From Octopus vulgaris (lineage: Eukaryota), in the NCBI GenBank assembly GCA_951406725.2, contig OX597814.1, forward strand, positions 197,160,001-197,224,000: a DNA stretch of 64,000 nt, written 5' to 3'. Shown here in pieces: positions 41,595 through 54,933 of this stretch. The translations under genes and the position numbers were made by a program. Position 1 is the stretch's first letter; each line of letters starts with the position of its first letter. The notes under the pieces are model-generated. The model worked only from the letters and a program-made list of their open reading frames with translations. It did not search any database and was not told the DNA's origin.

Positions 41595-42146
41595 AGGTGG
41601 TGAGCTGGCAGAAACGTTAGCACGCCGGGCGAAATGCGTAGTCGTATTTCGTTTGCCGTTACGTTCCGAGGTCGACTTTGACTTTCATCATTTCGGGGTT
41701 GATAAATTAAGTACCAGTTACGCTCTGGGGTCGATATAATCGACTTAATCCGTTTGTCTGTCCTTGTTTGTCCTCTCTGTGTTTAGCCCCTTGTGGGTAG
41801 TAAAGAAATAGGTATTTCGTCTGCCGTTACGTTCTGAGTTTGAATTCTGCCTTTCACCCTTTTGGGGTCGATAAATTAAGTACCAGTTACGCACTGGGGT
41901 TGACGTAATTGACTTAATACCCTTGTTTGTCACCTCTACGTTTAGCCCCTTGTGGGCAATAAAGAAATAAGAAACGTTAGCGCTATTTCGCCTGTCTTTA
42001 CGATCTGAGTTCAAATTCTTCCGAAGTCGACTTTGCCTTTCATCTTTTTAGGTTCGATAAATTAAGTACCAGTTGCGGACTGGGGTCGATCTAATCGACT
42101 GAACCCCTCTCCCAAAATTTCGGGTCTTGTCCCTAGTGTAGAAAAG
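41595..42146 (+). mobile_element. SINE family B trimer
   Basis: Head, three units and tail. 17-bp TSD with 2 mismatches (attatagttgtattata 41578-41594 / attacagtggtattata 42147-42163). Confidence 0.9.
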
Positions 42147-42155
42147 ATTACAGTG

Positions 42156-42836
42156 GTATTATATATACTACGTTCCTGACATTCACATTTTATAGTTACG
42201 ATTGATAAATTATGTCAATCAATAATTAATAAGTAATAATTTGAGTCGCCAATATTTTTAACGGTAACTCCACCCACAGACAAATTATACGTCGTAGATA
42301 ATTGAGTAATTATGTGCGTTATTGTTATTTAAATGGTCATTGTTTGCGCTTGGTGTTTTCCTTAACGTTTGAAACTAGAAAATACAGTGTATTATCAATA
42401 ATGTGTAATCATAGGCGCAGGAGTGGCCGTGTGGTAAGTAGCTTGCTAACCAACCACATGGTTCTGGGTTCAGTCCCACTGCGTGGCATCTTGGGCAAGT
42501 GTCTTCTACTATAGCCTCGAAACGCCCAAAGCTTTGTGAGTGGATTTGGTAGACGGAAACTGAAAGAAGCCTGTCGTATATATGTATATATATATATATG
42601 TATATGTGTGTGTGTGTGTGTTTGTGTGTCTGTGTTTGTCCCCCTAGCATTGCTTGACAACCGATGCTGGTGTGTTTACGTCCCCGTCACTTAGCGGTTC
42701 GGCAAAAGAGACCGATAGAGTAAGTACTGGGCTTACAAAGAATAAGTCCTGGGGTCGATTTGCTCAACTAAAGGCGGTGCTCCAGCATGGCCGCAGTCGA
42801 ATGACTGAAACAAGTAAAAGAGTATATGCATGCTTA

Positions 42837-42874
<38 letters not shown>

Positions 42875-43149
42875 TAGAGAAAAACACCACTGTTATATAA
42901 TTCAAACAATGGTAGACTTAAATCATACCATGTAGAAAAAATGAGATATATGATAAAACATTTATCTAGATCACAAAACGTTCATAATAAAACAGTATAT
43001 AATTCGTATATAATCAGTAGATTAGTCGTATTATATATACTGCCTTCATGATATTCACATTTTATAGTTACGATTGATGAATTATCTCAATCAATAATTA
43101 ATAAGTAATAATTTGAGTCGCCAATATTTTTAACGGTAACAGCACCCAC
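42156..43149. repeat. 122-bp direct repeat pair (42156-42277 and 43028-43149)
   Basis: 'attcacattttatagttacgattgat...ttgagtcgccaatatttttaacggtaac' occurs twice, offset 872 bp. Confidence 0.92.
42413..42822 (+). mobile_element. SINE family C, full length
   Basis: A box TGGCCGTGTGG, B box GGTTCAGTCCC, internal (TA)(TG) tract, tail ...GAAACAAGTAAAAGAG. Confidence 0.93.
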
Positions 43150-43233
43150 TCATTTCTTTATTGCCGACAAGAACAGACAAAGGGATTAAGTCAATTACAT
43201 CGACCCTAGTGCATAACTGGTACTTTCTCTCTA

Positions 43234-43285
<52 letters not shown>

Positions 43286-43359
43286 TAGATGAAAGAGATA
43301 ACAAAGCCAAGGCTGTGAGGAGTTTTCAGGACATTTATAAGGAAAAAGATATAGATATA

Positions 43360-43407
43360 GCCTTACAGCTGTTTCTGAGATATTATGGATATCCCTTCAT
43401 GAGAGAC
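43360..43407 (-). ncRNA. Type I hammerhead motif with one core substitution (probably inactive)
   Basis: Minus strand: gtct-CTCATGA-a-gggatat-ccata-atatctc-a-GAAAC-AGCT-GTA-aggc. Palindromic stem III ACAGCTGT. (TA)n lies about 80 bp downstream. Confidence 0.6.
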
Positions 43408-44120
43408 GGTGTGAGATGGTTTGAGGTCAACGTTTGTGTTCGAAAAAAGGAATTATTATGGAAAAGGAGGATATAGAGAATATTGAAAGATATAAGAGGA
43501 TGAAAGTAGATGTGAAATATAAAACATTGTAGTGCAGTTCCATTATTCGAGTAAAGTGGTGTATAGAAGTGGTAAGAAAGTTTCCTCTACATGGTATGTA
43601 AGTTCCAATAGTAGTTCATGTTTAGTCATTTCTGAGTATGGAGCCGTGTATTCTGTGTCGCTCATTCGAAGGGGTTTCGTGTATACACAAACAAACCAGG
43701 TTTGGGGAGAAGGTGTTTAGAATTTCAAACTGAATCTACTTCGTCTCTAATGTATGATAAATTTGTATGATAATTTTGTATGCTTGATCATTTACTTTGA
43801 AATATACCTGTATGCGGGAAAACTTGAGAAATACACCGTAATATCATTATAATGAGTTCTGAAATATTCCATTAGTAAAAAGTTTGGTATCAACTTTGAA
43901 TATATTTTCTGTAAAACAGGAGGGTTTATTTAAAATGTGAGACGTATTATAACCCGATGGGCAAAGTAATCCAAAGTCCGTCTATAGTATTTAAGGATTG
44001 CAATCTACAGCATATGTGGCTTAGCAGTGGATCCCTTGATCCGTGAAATCTCTGGGAATTGTTGCGTGAACCCATGCTTTTTAAGAGCATTATGTAGATC
44101 CGAATATAAGATCAGATTTA

Positions 44121-44352
44121 ACTTTTTTAGTGCCCACAAGGGGCTAGACATAGAGGGGACAAACAAGGACAGACAAACAGATTAAGTCGATTACATCGAC
44201 CCCATTGCGTAACTGGTACCTAATTTATCGACCCCGAAAGGAATGAAAGGCAAAGTCGACCTCGGCGGAATTTGAACTCAGAACGTAACGGCAGACGAAA
44301 TACGGCTACGCATTTCGCCCGGCGTGCTAACGCTTCTGCCAGCTCGCCGCCT
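44121..44352 (-). mobile_element. SINE family B monomer
   Basis: 18-bp TSD aatat(a/c)agatcagattta at 44103-44120 and 44356-44373. Confidence 0.92.
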
Positions 44353-44974
44353 TTAAATATCAGATCAGATTTATTCTCTTGTTATTTGACGACAAATTTA
44401 CAAATATTACTGATGTTGAAGCGTATACTTTCGGCAAATGAAGTTTTGAGAAGTGAAACTTTTAAACTAAATCATAAAGTATATATAAAGATTCTGAAGA
44501 TGAATAGCAAATGAGTGAGTGGTTTTTAACGAAAAGAAATATATCATTTGATATTTCGGCTCATGAAAAATGAAAGGTTATATCTAATTAATGTTGATTG
44601 TGTTTACATCTAACAAATGCCCTCTCAAGTTTTTACTCTTTTTATATTTTTCATATTTTAATTGCGAGCATCAGTTACAATTACTTTCATTACATATTCT
44701 AAATGACTTTACGTTAGAACAAGCGACATGTTTTCACAGTTTGAATCTAATTGGATGACTGAAGACTGAATTATTCAATTGCGATATTTGAAGTAAACAA
44801 AAAAAGAAATATGAAATAAAGGAATGTTAAATAAGTAAATATATTTACGCAGTCTTACAGATCATATACTTTTTAATATGTTAAGCTTCTGTCTGATATA
44901 CACGAGGCATCTTACAAATATTTTATTGATAACTTTTGATGTAAATCTTAAAACTTTATAGATACTGGCTTTAA

Positions 44975-45195
44975 CCCTTTAGCATTTAAACCGGCCATAT
45001 CCGACCAAAAGTATTCTGCTTGTTTTATGTTCAAACTGGCCAGATCTGATCTCTCACGCCAACCCTACAATATCGTTTTAAAAATTAACAGCTACCTCTT
45101 CAAAATCTCATAGCTACAAGATAATGCATGATTAGTTCAAAACAATGTGGATGAAAAAGGATTAATTTTGGCAGAATAATGTGAACACTAAAGGG
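44975..45195. mobile_element. piggyBac-type MITE
   Basis: TTAA|CCCTTTAG ... CTAAAGGG|TTAA: TTAA TSD and CCC/GGG termini. Confidence 0.8.
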
Positions 45196-46178
45196 TTAAA
45201 ATAACCACATTTACTTTAATATTCGTATAAATGTTAAAATAGGTGAATATTGAATGTGTTTTATATTCACCTCTTAATTTTGATAGTGTGGGGTTCAAAA
45301 ACAGCTTCAATAGAATAAGATGTATTTATAGAGAATCATTGGTGATAATAGTACAGTTGTAATGTTATGTGTATCTACGACCTATTAATTTGCTCGTTCC
45401 TAACATCGTTTCTATGAGTGAAGATGCAGTAATTGATTTCAGCTTGAATTTGTACAGCTCGATGTATATCGTTCGATGAATTTCTTGAGTACAATGCCTA
45501 TCGGAAAGACTTTGATAATGAGCGAATTCAAGCGAACTGAAGTTGTGAATAGAAGATTTAGTCAATGAATTTATTAGAGATTTTAAAAAGATGAGAGAAC
45601 AGTTGGAGGGGGTAGAAAAAATTTAGAACAGTTTGAGCCAATAGCGGAAGGCTGTAGAGCATGGCTGATATTGGGATTTTAAGTATGTCAATCAGTGAAA
45701 CTTTGTCTAAGCATATGTTTTTTTTTTTTATGAGGATGTAGTTTCGAAAGGATATATGCGTGTATGTGTGCGTATATTTCTATATCTGTGTACACTTTTC
45801 GATAAATGGGAGCGCTTAGTAATCATTCTGTTTCATAAGTGGGATACAAACGCAAATGTGGGTCACATCTGTATTTTGTAGGTCGACAATTGTTTCGACT
45901 TAAAATGTTATTTGAAAGAACCTATTTGCTTTCATTTAGAAAAAAAAATGTATAATTACCTCCTTGCATCTGTAGGATATGACAGATAAACAGATGTATT
46001 TAATTCCGTGTTTACTAAGGCATTGAGTTTTCATAAACAACATCTGGTGAAACGTTAGTTCTAATGTAAATGTTTCTATCATTTTAGTATGCACATTGCG
46101 AGAAAACCAGTATTGGCACAATCCATTGATTGCTATTATTATCTACACAGAATACCTCATATTTTTGTATAAATTATA

Positions 46179-46396
46179 CGAGGGTGTGCTGAAAATTTCC
46201 TGGCTTTGGGTGAAAGAAAATATAATAGGATCAGTTAATTATGATGTTATTGAACATATTCCCCTCTCAAACTTACACACATATTGCATCAGTCCATCAG
46301 ATTTTTTCAAGTCCTTTAAAAGAGCTCAGAAGTTTGGGCCTCCAGCCACGACTTTGGCAATAACCGTAAAGCCAGGAACTTTTTAGCATCCCTTCG
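46179..46396. mobile_element. Mariner-type MITE, followed by a partial copy at 46417-46558
   Basis: TA|CGAGGGTGTGCTGAAAATTTCCTGGCTTT ... AAAGCCAGGAACTTTTTAGCATCCCTTCG|TA. Confidence 0.85.
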
Positions 46397-46833
46397 TATA
46401 TATATATATATATATAACATATTCCCCTCTCACATTCACAACTTATAGCATCAGTTCCCCCGTTTTTCTAAGCCCTGTGAAATAGCTCAGAAGGCTGAAC
46501 CTCCATCCAGCCTTTTCGCAATACCCTTAAAAGTAGGAATTTTTCAGTAACCCCTCGCGTACAAAGTTTCAGCCGGACAAGGTTGGTCAAAGGTTCTGCA
46601 CCTATTTTCAAATCACTTAACAAAATTTGTTTAGAAAGATTGGCAGTTGTCCGTACATAAAAGCCTAGCAGTTTTTATTGATTTGGACAGATATACCTCG
46701 GCACCGTTGGCGCCGCTTCCAAGGCTGTCAGTACGTAAAGATCTTCAATAGAGAGAGCTAAGCATGACGAAGTACACAGTTGATCTCAGCAGAGTATTCT
46801 GTTGATATGCTAAGTCGCCGAAGAGTAGAATAC

Positions 46834-47067
46834 CTATTTCTTTACTACCCACAAGGGGCTAAACACAGAGAGGAAAATCAAGGACTGACAAACGGATTAA
46901 GTCGATTACATCGACCCTAGTGCGTAACTGGTACTTATTTAATCGACCTCGAAAGGATGAAAGGCAAAGTCGACCTCGGCGGAATTTGAACTCAGAACGT
47001 AAAGAGAGACGAAATACCGCTAAGCATTTCGCCCGGCGTGCAAACGTTTCTGCCAGCTCGTCGCCTT
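46834..47067 (-). mobile_element. SINE family B monomer
   Basis: TSD agtagaatac at 46824-46833 and 47070-47079. Confidence 0.92.
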
Positions 47068-47549
47068 CCAGTAGAATACAAGAAGAATAGAATGCAACCA
47101 CTATTAATATATTATAATGTTACGATATTGTGGATTATCTATACAACTTCTTTAAAGCATTCAGTTGGGCTTTAACAATACGGTTTATTCCAAGTTGGAT
47201 TTGACTGCTATTTCTAGTATGTCAAACTAAAACATGCAATCATCCACTTTGATTATTGTTCTTAAATCATCTATTATTAAATTTTCTTTGGTGAAAAGAA
47301 TGATGCAACAAAAACAAAATGGACGTTTTCACATGGAAATTCTAAAATCTATTTTATAGTCTTTGTGAAAATATTAGCGACGGCCACGCAATATTTCTTC
47401 TTAGTTTTCCGTGCCTATCATACATTTATCTAATAAACCCGTTTAGTTCGGTACGTTTATTGGATTGTAAATTGTAGGAACGTCACATGACCATCCAGCA
47501 GTATGCACACATACACACGCAATCAGAAATAAGTATAAATGCGTAAATA

Positions 47550-47743
47550 TACCCATGTATACGAATATGTATATGGATTATGTATATGTATATATATTTA
47601 CATCCATATGCATATCGATATATACATATATATATAAATATCAAAATACATGTATATCAGCATATATCTATATACTTATAAGTGTATATACCCACATGTA
47701 TACTAACATATATATGTATATATATTTACATTTATATGCATAT

Positions 47744-47801
<58 letters not shown>

Positions 47802-47907
47802 ATATATCAAAATACATGTACATCAGCATATATCTATATGCTTATAAGTGCATATACCCACATGTATACAAACATATATATGTATATATATTTACATTTA
47901 TATGCAT

Positions 47908-47960
<53 letters not shown>

Positions 47961-48026
47961 CATGTACATCAGCATATATGTATATACTTATAAGTGTATA
48001 TACCCACACGTATACTAACATATATA

Positions 48027-48060
<34 letters not shown>
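47550..48060. repeat. Tandem repeat, about 3.5 units of about 150-165 bp with variable TA spacer
   Basis: 'aaaatacatgta.atcagcatata...cttataagtg.atatacccaca' at about 47643, 47809 and 47955. Confidence 0.88.
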
Positions 48061-48067
<7 letters not shown>

Positions 48068-49309
48068 ATACATACATATAAATATACATTTGTATAACTA
48101 TATACGTATGTGGATATATATCTTTCTATGCATGAATCCATGTAGCTAAGAGAGCCTTGTTTGTGAGCGCTTTACTACGCATATACATCCATCCATATGC
48201 GTACAGCTTTCTATGTATGTTTGTATATATGCATGTATGTATTTATGTGAGCGAGCGCGTGCGTGTGTGTGTATGTATATGTGTGTGCTGTGTTGGAGTA
48301 GGGGTGGGGTGATGACTGTATTACCGAAATTTACCATTAAGCACTCAGAAACATAATTGAACCCCACGGAAAACAATTCAGTTAGATGAAATAATGGAAA
48401 AATCTAAAAGTTTGTTTTCGGAAAATCCAAACATGAATTATGAAAGAATAGAAACAACGAAGAAAAAAAAAATAACAGAAAATAAATAAACAAGAGGAAA
48501 ATTGCAAATATATACCATGATGTTGATGATTTTTATTGCTTATTGTTTGACATAATGATAATGTTATATGGAATTTTGCAGTAACTTTTACAAAACGTCA
48601 CAAACTAATTCATGTTTCTCTTTATTTCATTCCTTACCGCTGGGTGGCGCTGCAAGTGGGTGGACATGTAGTTGAGTTTGTGTTTGTGGTGGTGGTGGGA
48701 GAAATGGAATTGTTGTAAAAGCAGTAATGAGGTTTTTTTGTTTGTTTTTTTAAAGATAAATACGATAGGTTCTTCCGTTTGTTTACTTAAGAAAAAAAAT
48801 TTTCTCATTTTTATTTAGCCAATATGAAATAATAACAGACTTAGGAATTGGAAAATTTCAAAGAAATATTTGCTTGTATATTATATTATTAGGCAGTGGG
48901 CTGGCAGAGTCGTTAGAACGTAAGACAAAATGCAGAGCGTTGTTTAGTTAGATCCACTGTGAGGTTTTCCCACCAATAAATGCTCTGTAGTTATTCTTAA
49001 ACTTACTTTAAAATAACTCTTTCTACTATAGGAACAGGGCCTGGAATGTTAGGAGAGAGAGATAGTCTATTATTACACTGACCCCTCAGTAATTCACTAG
49101 TATTCATTTCATCGACCCCGAATAGATGAAAAGCAAGGTCGACCGCGGTGAAATTTGGATTCAGAGCAAAAAGACGGACAAAATGGCGCGAAGTATTTTG
49201 TCCGAAATTGCATTAAGATTGTAATCTTAACACGCACACATACACACAGAAATATTTACATGCTTGCTTGCAAATATACATATATACAGACAGATAGACG
49301 GGCATATAT

Positions 49310-49393
49310 TTCCGTCCGTCCGTCCGTCCGTCCGTCCATCCATCCATCCATCCATCCATCCATCCATCCATCCATCCATCCATCCATCTATCC

Positions 49394-49425
<32 letters not shown>
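49310..49425. repeat. Graded (TCCG)n-(TCCA)n-(TCTA)n microsatellite
   Basis: Directly visible. Confidence 0.95.
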
Positions 49426-49426
<1 letters not shown>

Positions 49427-49598
49427 AGCCATAGCCACTTATAATAAAAGGGAGTACTGGTGGAATGTCTCAGTGACGACCTCAGTAAAACGTAAGCACA
49501 ACAGACTTGACATAATGATTTGGGTAAGAGAAGAGAAAATGTGTACAGATGTGGAAATTAGCTGCCCAGCGAATACTAACACAAAACTGACGATCAGC

Positions 49599-49690
49599 TT
49601 GTTGATGCTGAAATTCCAATGAAGGAACCTTGGATCTAGGTTAGAAACCGACTCTTTCTCTAGAAATCTTGAAATAAATCTGAAAAATGA
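49599..49690 (+). mobile_element. 3' terminus of the RLE-type element followed by (CATA)n
   Basis: Matches 5745-5840. Confidence 0.8.
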
Positions 49691-50121
49691 CATACATACA
49701 TACACGCACACATACTTACATAAATACATACATGCATAAATACATACATGCCTACGTACGAGCAAAAATGAATATATGCATACACTTGGTTGTGCGCATC
49801 CAAAAAGACACTAAGTAAAAGGTAAAAATGTATGCACATGTGTGCACACGAGCGATTACTAACTGAGCTACTGAGAAAGCCTGGTCCTTCGGTTAGCGAC
49901 CGGCTTGAACTGTATTGAGAAGATCTTAAATTAATCTCAACGAAATATATATATATCGTGACGTATATTTGCCATTTGAATATGGCTAACCCCTAAGGGT
50001 GGATGCTACTGTAGTTTGTAGCCCCAGGAAGGCACCTCCTCCAGCTGGCTATAGACACACTTTCTGTGCCCAATCAGTATTTGTGAAGGGAAGTCATTCT
50101 TCCCGTCTTCAACTTATGATA

Positions 50122-50166
50122 CACACGGACTCGAGTTTCAAGGTATTGACCTATCATCGGCGTGTG
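50122..50166 (-). ncRNA. Minimal type I hammerhead motif (CCGAUGA variant)
   Basis: Exact reverse complement of 50248-50292. Confidence 0.6.
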
Positions 50167-50247
50167 ACAATATCAGTGTCAATCGATACTGGAAAAAGTA
50201 TATGTATTTGTGAGGGGAACTGACTTCTCGTCGACAACTATGATTGT

Positions 50248-50292
50248 CACACGCCGATGATAGGTCAATACCTTGAAACTCGAGTCCGTGTG
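50248..50292 (+). ncRNA. Minimal type I hammerhead motif (CCGAUGA variant)
   Basis: cacacg-CCGATGA-t-aggt-caat-acct-t-GAAAC-TCGA-GTC-cgtgtg. Stem I 6 bp, palindromic stem III ACTCGAGT, GUC triplet 50284-50286. Confidence 0.65.
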
Positions 50293-50476
50293 TATCATAA
50301 GTTGAAGACGGGAAGAATGACTTCCCTTCACAAATACTGATAGGGCACAGAAAGTGTGTCTATAGCCAGCTAGAGGAGGTGTCTTCCTGGGGCTACAAAC
50401 TACAGTCATATTCAAATGGCAAATATACGTCACGATGTGTTGCCGCTACTGTTTATAACTCGCTCTGAGATTTATC

Positions 50477-50525
<49 letters not shown>

Positions 50526-51879
50526 GTGGATATGTGGTAAGCAGGCTGCTTACCAGCCACATGGTTCGGAGTTCTACTGTAGCGTCAGGCTTGCCAAATC
50601 CTGTGAATGGATTTGGTTGATGGAAACTGAAAGAATCCCGTGTTATATACGCACGTACGCACAGACACAAATACGCACGCACGCACACACACAAGCATCT
50701 TCTCTCACACACACAGACACAAAAGCATGCACGCACTCACACGCACGACGCAACCCCACACATATACTCACAAACACACACGCATACAAACAAACGCACA
50801 TTTCCACACGTACACACACACTCAATATCGTTTGCTAATTCCTGTTCATCATACAATCTTAATATATTCGTTTTTGCGATGTTCATCTCTGCATTTTGTG
50901 TTCATTTTCTGTCCGTGTGTCTTAAAGTTTAGTACTTTTTCACATCAAAGTAGCTCTAATCGAAAATAAAGGGAATCTCTGTCATGTTGATTGACTCGAT
51001 TTCGTTATATCCCCGTCAATTAGTTTATAAATTCTCGTAAAAATTACAGGTGAAAAGCAGTTATTTATTGTTTGGACTGAAAGCTAGGTTCTCGTAAAGA
51101 TTTCTGTTGTTTTTCTTTTTACATTAGCGACAGTGTTTTAATAATAGGAAAGAAAAGGAGCTTCAGTTTTTAAACACGTTGAGAAAGTGTATGCTTACAA
51201 CTAGCATTTACACAGTGCACCGTTATACTCTATAATTACAGATTTACGTTTTTTCAACCTCCAAGCATTATAACTGATCAAATTTAAATGAGATGTACAG
51301 CTTATGTTGGCAAAATTCCTTGCTCGATTAAAATCAGGATAATCCACGGGAAAAAAAGGTTTTGACCGTAAATTAAAACAGTTGCCAACGTAGTTTGTCA
51401 GTAACTAACTCTACTTGTGTTAATAAATCTTGTTTCCACTCCAGCCATAACCACCCCTTCTTTGCAATAAACCATTACTGGTATGAAACGTTAGGGCATA
51501 CCAGCTGATGGTTCTTACATCATTGTGCATATTGTTATAGACAGCGATTTAGCTTACATCGAGCTTCGTTTCCGGTACGCAGAGTTTACAAGTGACAAAA
51601 ATACGAAACATCGATGGCTATGACTCCTGAGTGGGACCAGGTGCGTGATATTTCGCTTGTCTACGACGTCCAAGTGTTTTAACACCAGACAAATTGATGA
51701 TAATATACTCTCTTATGCCTATAAGCGCAGCCTGTCACGAGCTAGCTAAACACATATCTTGCTTGTGTATGTGTGTTCGATATAGTTTATAAACCATTAC
51801 CCCTTTATATATATATATATATATATATAATCTGTTTTTAGAAATTCTGCATTGTTTTCTTAAAAGGTACCCTTCAGCG

Positions 51880-52292
51880 TAGGACCGGCAGTGTGGTAAG
51901 TAGCTTCCTTACGAACCACATGGTTCCGGGTTCAGTCCCACTGCGTGGCACCTTGGGCTAGTGTCTTCTACTATAGCCTCGGGCCGACCAAAGCCTTGTG
52001 AGTGGATTTCCTAGACGGAAACTGAAAGAGGCCTGTCGTATATATGTACATATATATATATATGAATGTGTGTCTATACGTTTGTGTGTCTGTGTTTGTC
52101 TCTCCAACAGCGCTTGACAACAGATGCTGGTGTGGTTACGTCCCCGTAACCTAGCGGTTCGGCAAAAGCAGACGGATAGTATAAGTACTAGGCTTACAAA
52201 AAATATGTCTTGGGGTCGATTTGCTCGACTAAAGGCGGTGCTCCAGCATGGTCACATTCAAATGGCTGAAACAAGTAAAAGAGTAAAAGAGA
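51880..52292 (+). mobile_element. SINE family C
   Basis: Full-length match to 42413-42822. Confidence 0.9.
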
Positions 52293-53283
52293 GAGAGTAA
52301 AGTGCTACTGGAGCCGTAACCATACTTTTTAATTATAAATATAGAACTATAGTGTTCAGCGTGACCCGATCGGTTTTTGAAACAGTAAAGCATGATTTCA
52401 TGGAGATCAGGCTACAATTACTGGCAGGCAAATTTCAGAATAGTAAAATAAATCAACAGCCAAGTAATAGGGTCGATTTAATCGACTAACACATCGGAAC
52501 TGCTGACTCCGCACCTGAATTAGAAACAGCTGCTATTTGAAGGTCGATAAAATTACACATCAGTCAAATACTAAGATCAACACATTCTTCTCCTAATCAA
52601 AATTGCTGCGTTGTGTCTAAATTAGAGACAACACTATTAGCTTACCAAGGGAAAACTTAGAATGATCCTCTGTGATTTCGATCCGTTATTACTTAAAGTA
52701 TTAATTTGTTCCTATTTACACAATCTTATTTACAGATACAGTGAATCAACGTTTGTTAAGAGTGTTTAATGGCTTGTAGCAAAGGTTACTGCCAGTGACA
52801 GTATACGAACCAGCGGTCCGCCGGCCAGTATTCTGTCAGTGTACCAATTCGGTCAGCTGCATAGCTCACATTAGCAATATTGTTTCAATCAAGAAGACTT
52901 CAATTATTCACAAATGCCTCGGGCATAAAACATGTTTGCCTATAAACGCATGTGGTGGACATTATCAATGAAAAGACATTGCCTTCACTATAATTATAAT
53001 AGCCATTAAAGATGCATGGATGCACTGATGTGAATAATATTGGGCGATGTTTTAATTAAATATATACATTCCAACCACTTCATTAATAACCATGCATTAC
53101 TCCTGAATTAAGAAGGGTGAGAAAAACACTTTAAATCATTCTATATAATGTGTTAGCATTAGCGTTGCCTTTTAAATTCAGCGAGATATTTCATGAGAAA
53201 GATGATTTACAAGAATTTAATTATATAACTACAAACTGCTATAAACAAAATAACCAATTCCCCCGTATTTTATAGACGCATGC

Positions 53284-53475
53284 GTGGAGGCGCAATTGTC
53301 CAGTAATTAGAGCAGCGGATTCGCAGTGATAGGGCCGCGGTTTCGATTCCCAGACCGGGCGTTGTGAGTGTTTATTTAGCGTAAACACCTAAAGCTCTCC
53401 GAGACTCCGGCAGGGATGGCGACGAACCCTGATGTACTCTTTCACCACAACTTTCTCTCACTCTTTCTTCCTGTT
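53284..53475 (+). mobile_element. SINE family A, 5' half, ending at a microsatellite
   Basis: Diverged reverse complement of about 1262-1458. Confidence 0.85.
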
Positions 53476-53555
53476 ATATATGTATGTATATGTATGTATG
53501 TATATGTATGTATATGTATGTATATGCATGTATATATATATATATATATATATTG

Positions 53556-53602
<47 letters not shown>

Positions 53603-53751
53603 ATATGTATGTATATATGTATGTGTATATATGTATGTATATATATATATATATATATGTATGTATATATGTATGTGTATATATGTATGTATATATATAT
53701 ATATATGTATGTATTTATGTATGTGTATATATGTATGTGTATATATGTATG

Positions 53752-53786
<35 letters not shown>

Positions 53787-53803
53787 GTATATATATGTAC
53801 GTG

Positions 53804-53859
<56 letters not shown>

Positions 53860-54933
53860 TGCATGTAAGAATATAGATTTGGTCGAAGGCGCAGCATCTT
53901 GGGCACTTGGGAAAGTGCTTTCTGCTTTAGAACCGGGCCGACCAACGTCTTGTTTGTAAATATGTGTGTGTATATGTGTACATATAGGAAGCTTGTATGC
54001 ACTAACAGCTCTTTGTTACTCAATATGCACTGCTGAAACTGGGGTGTCTCTAACATTCTCGTGCTTTTTAATACCATCAAATACGGTAATGTATTTTAAT
54101 TTTTCTTTAAATAAACTGCCATTTGTTTCTTGAATATAAAGAAATTTTAGATAAATCGATGACCACTCAATGGTGAATTTCTTGTGAAACAAATGTTATT
54201 AGACGTAGAATAATGCTGCCAATAATATGAGAAATGGTAATGGTGAGACAGTGTTATGATTCGCCTTTGCATAATTTCAGAGCCTAAGTTTCTTAATCTG
54301 TGTATATTTAGATATCAACAGATAGAATGCAAATTTGTGTAGATGACGGCTTAGATAAATACAGATGTGATTGTTTATGAATATCTAAACAAACACATAT
54401 TTATTAGACGATGTGTTAAAGAAACCGTATTCATTTACTTGATTATTCAAAGACAGCGCTAAATATACAAACATTCTAATTTTGATTGCAATGATTTGTG
54501 AATATTTATAACGATAAATTTATTTTAAAAACAATCGATTCGGTCGCGGAAAGCTTAATTTTCCGCATGCAGCGTTATGGTATATCAGGGGACAATAAAA
54601 ATCTCATTTATCGTGAGTGATTATGGTTTGATAGCATCTCTCATACTTTCGCTAATTATTTTGAATAATTATGTAGTTGAGAGTAAATCTGAACACGCTC
54701 TCGGCCTTCCAACACTTTACGCAAATGTTGTTGCACACCCCTGCTCACAATGTGCCGGGCTTCCCATGACTGACATCTCTGTACAGTATCTGCTTAGTCC
54801 ATTTCACTCTCTAGGTTTGAACCCAACCGATGTTATAGAAAATTAAATTAGCCTAAAATATCATAGAAGGGGATCGAACCCAGTACATCGTGATAATGAA
54901 GCAAATGTCTTACCACTTCAGCCATACTGAATC

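Larger units (their letters stand above)
49955..50478 (+). mobile_element. (TA)n-flanked inverted-repeat element with two opposed hammerhead motifs
   Basis: Arms 49955-50171 and 50243-50436: 3 substitutions and one 23-bp indel by eye. 71-bp spacer, short 3' extension. Confidence 0.8.

Noticed and set aside
48638-48787. Minus-strand exon candidate with Pro/Thr-rich reading and GTAAGG donor
   Set aside because: Low-complexity sequence open in several frames with no recognisable domain.
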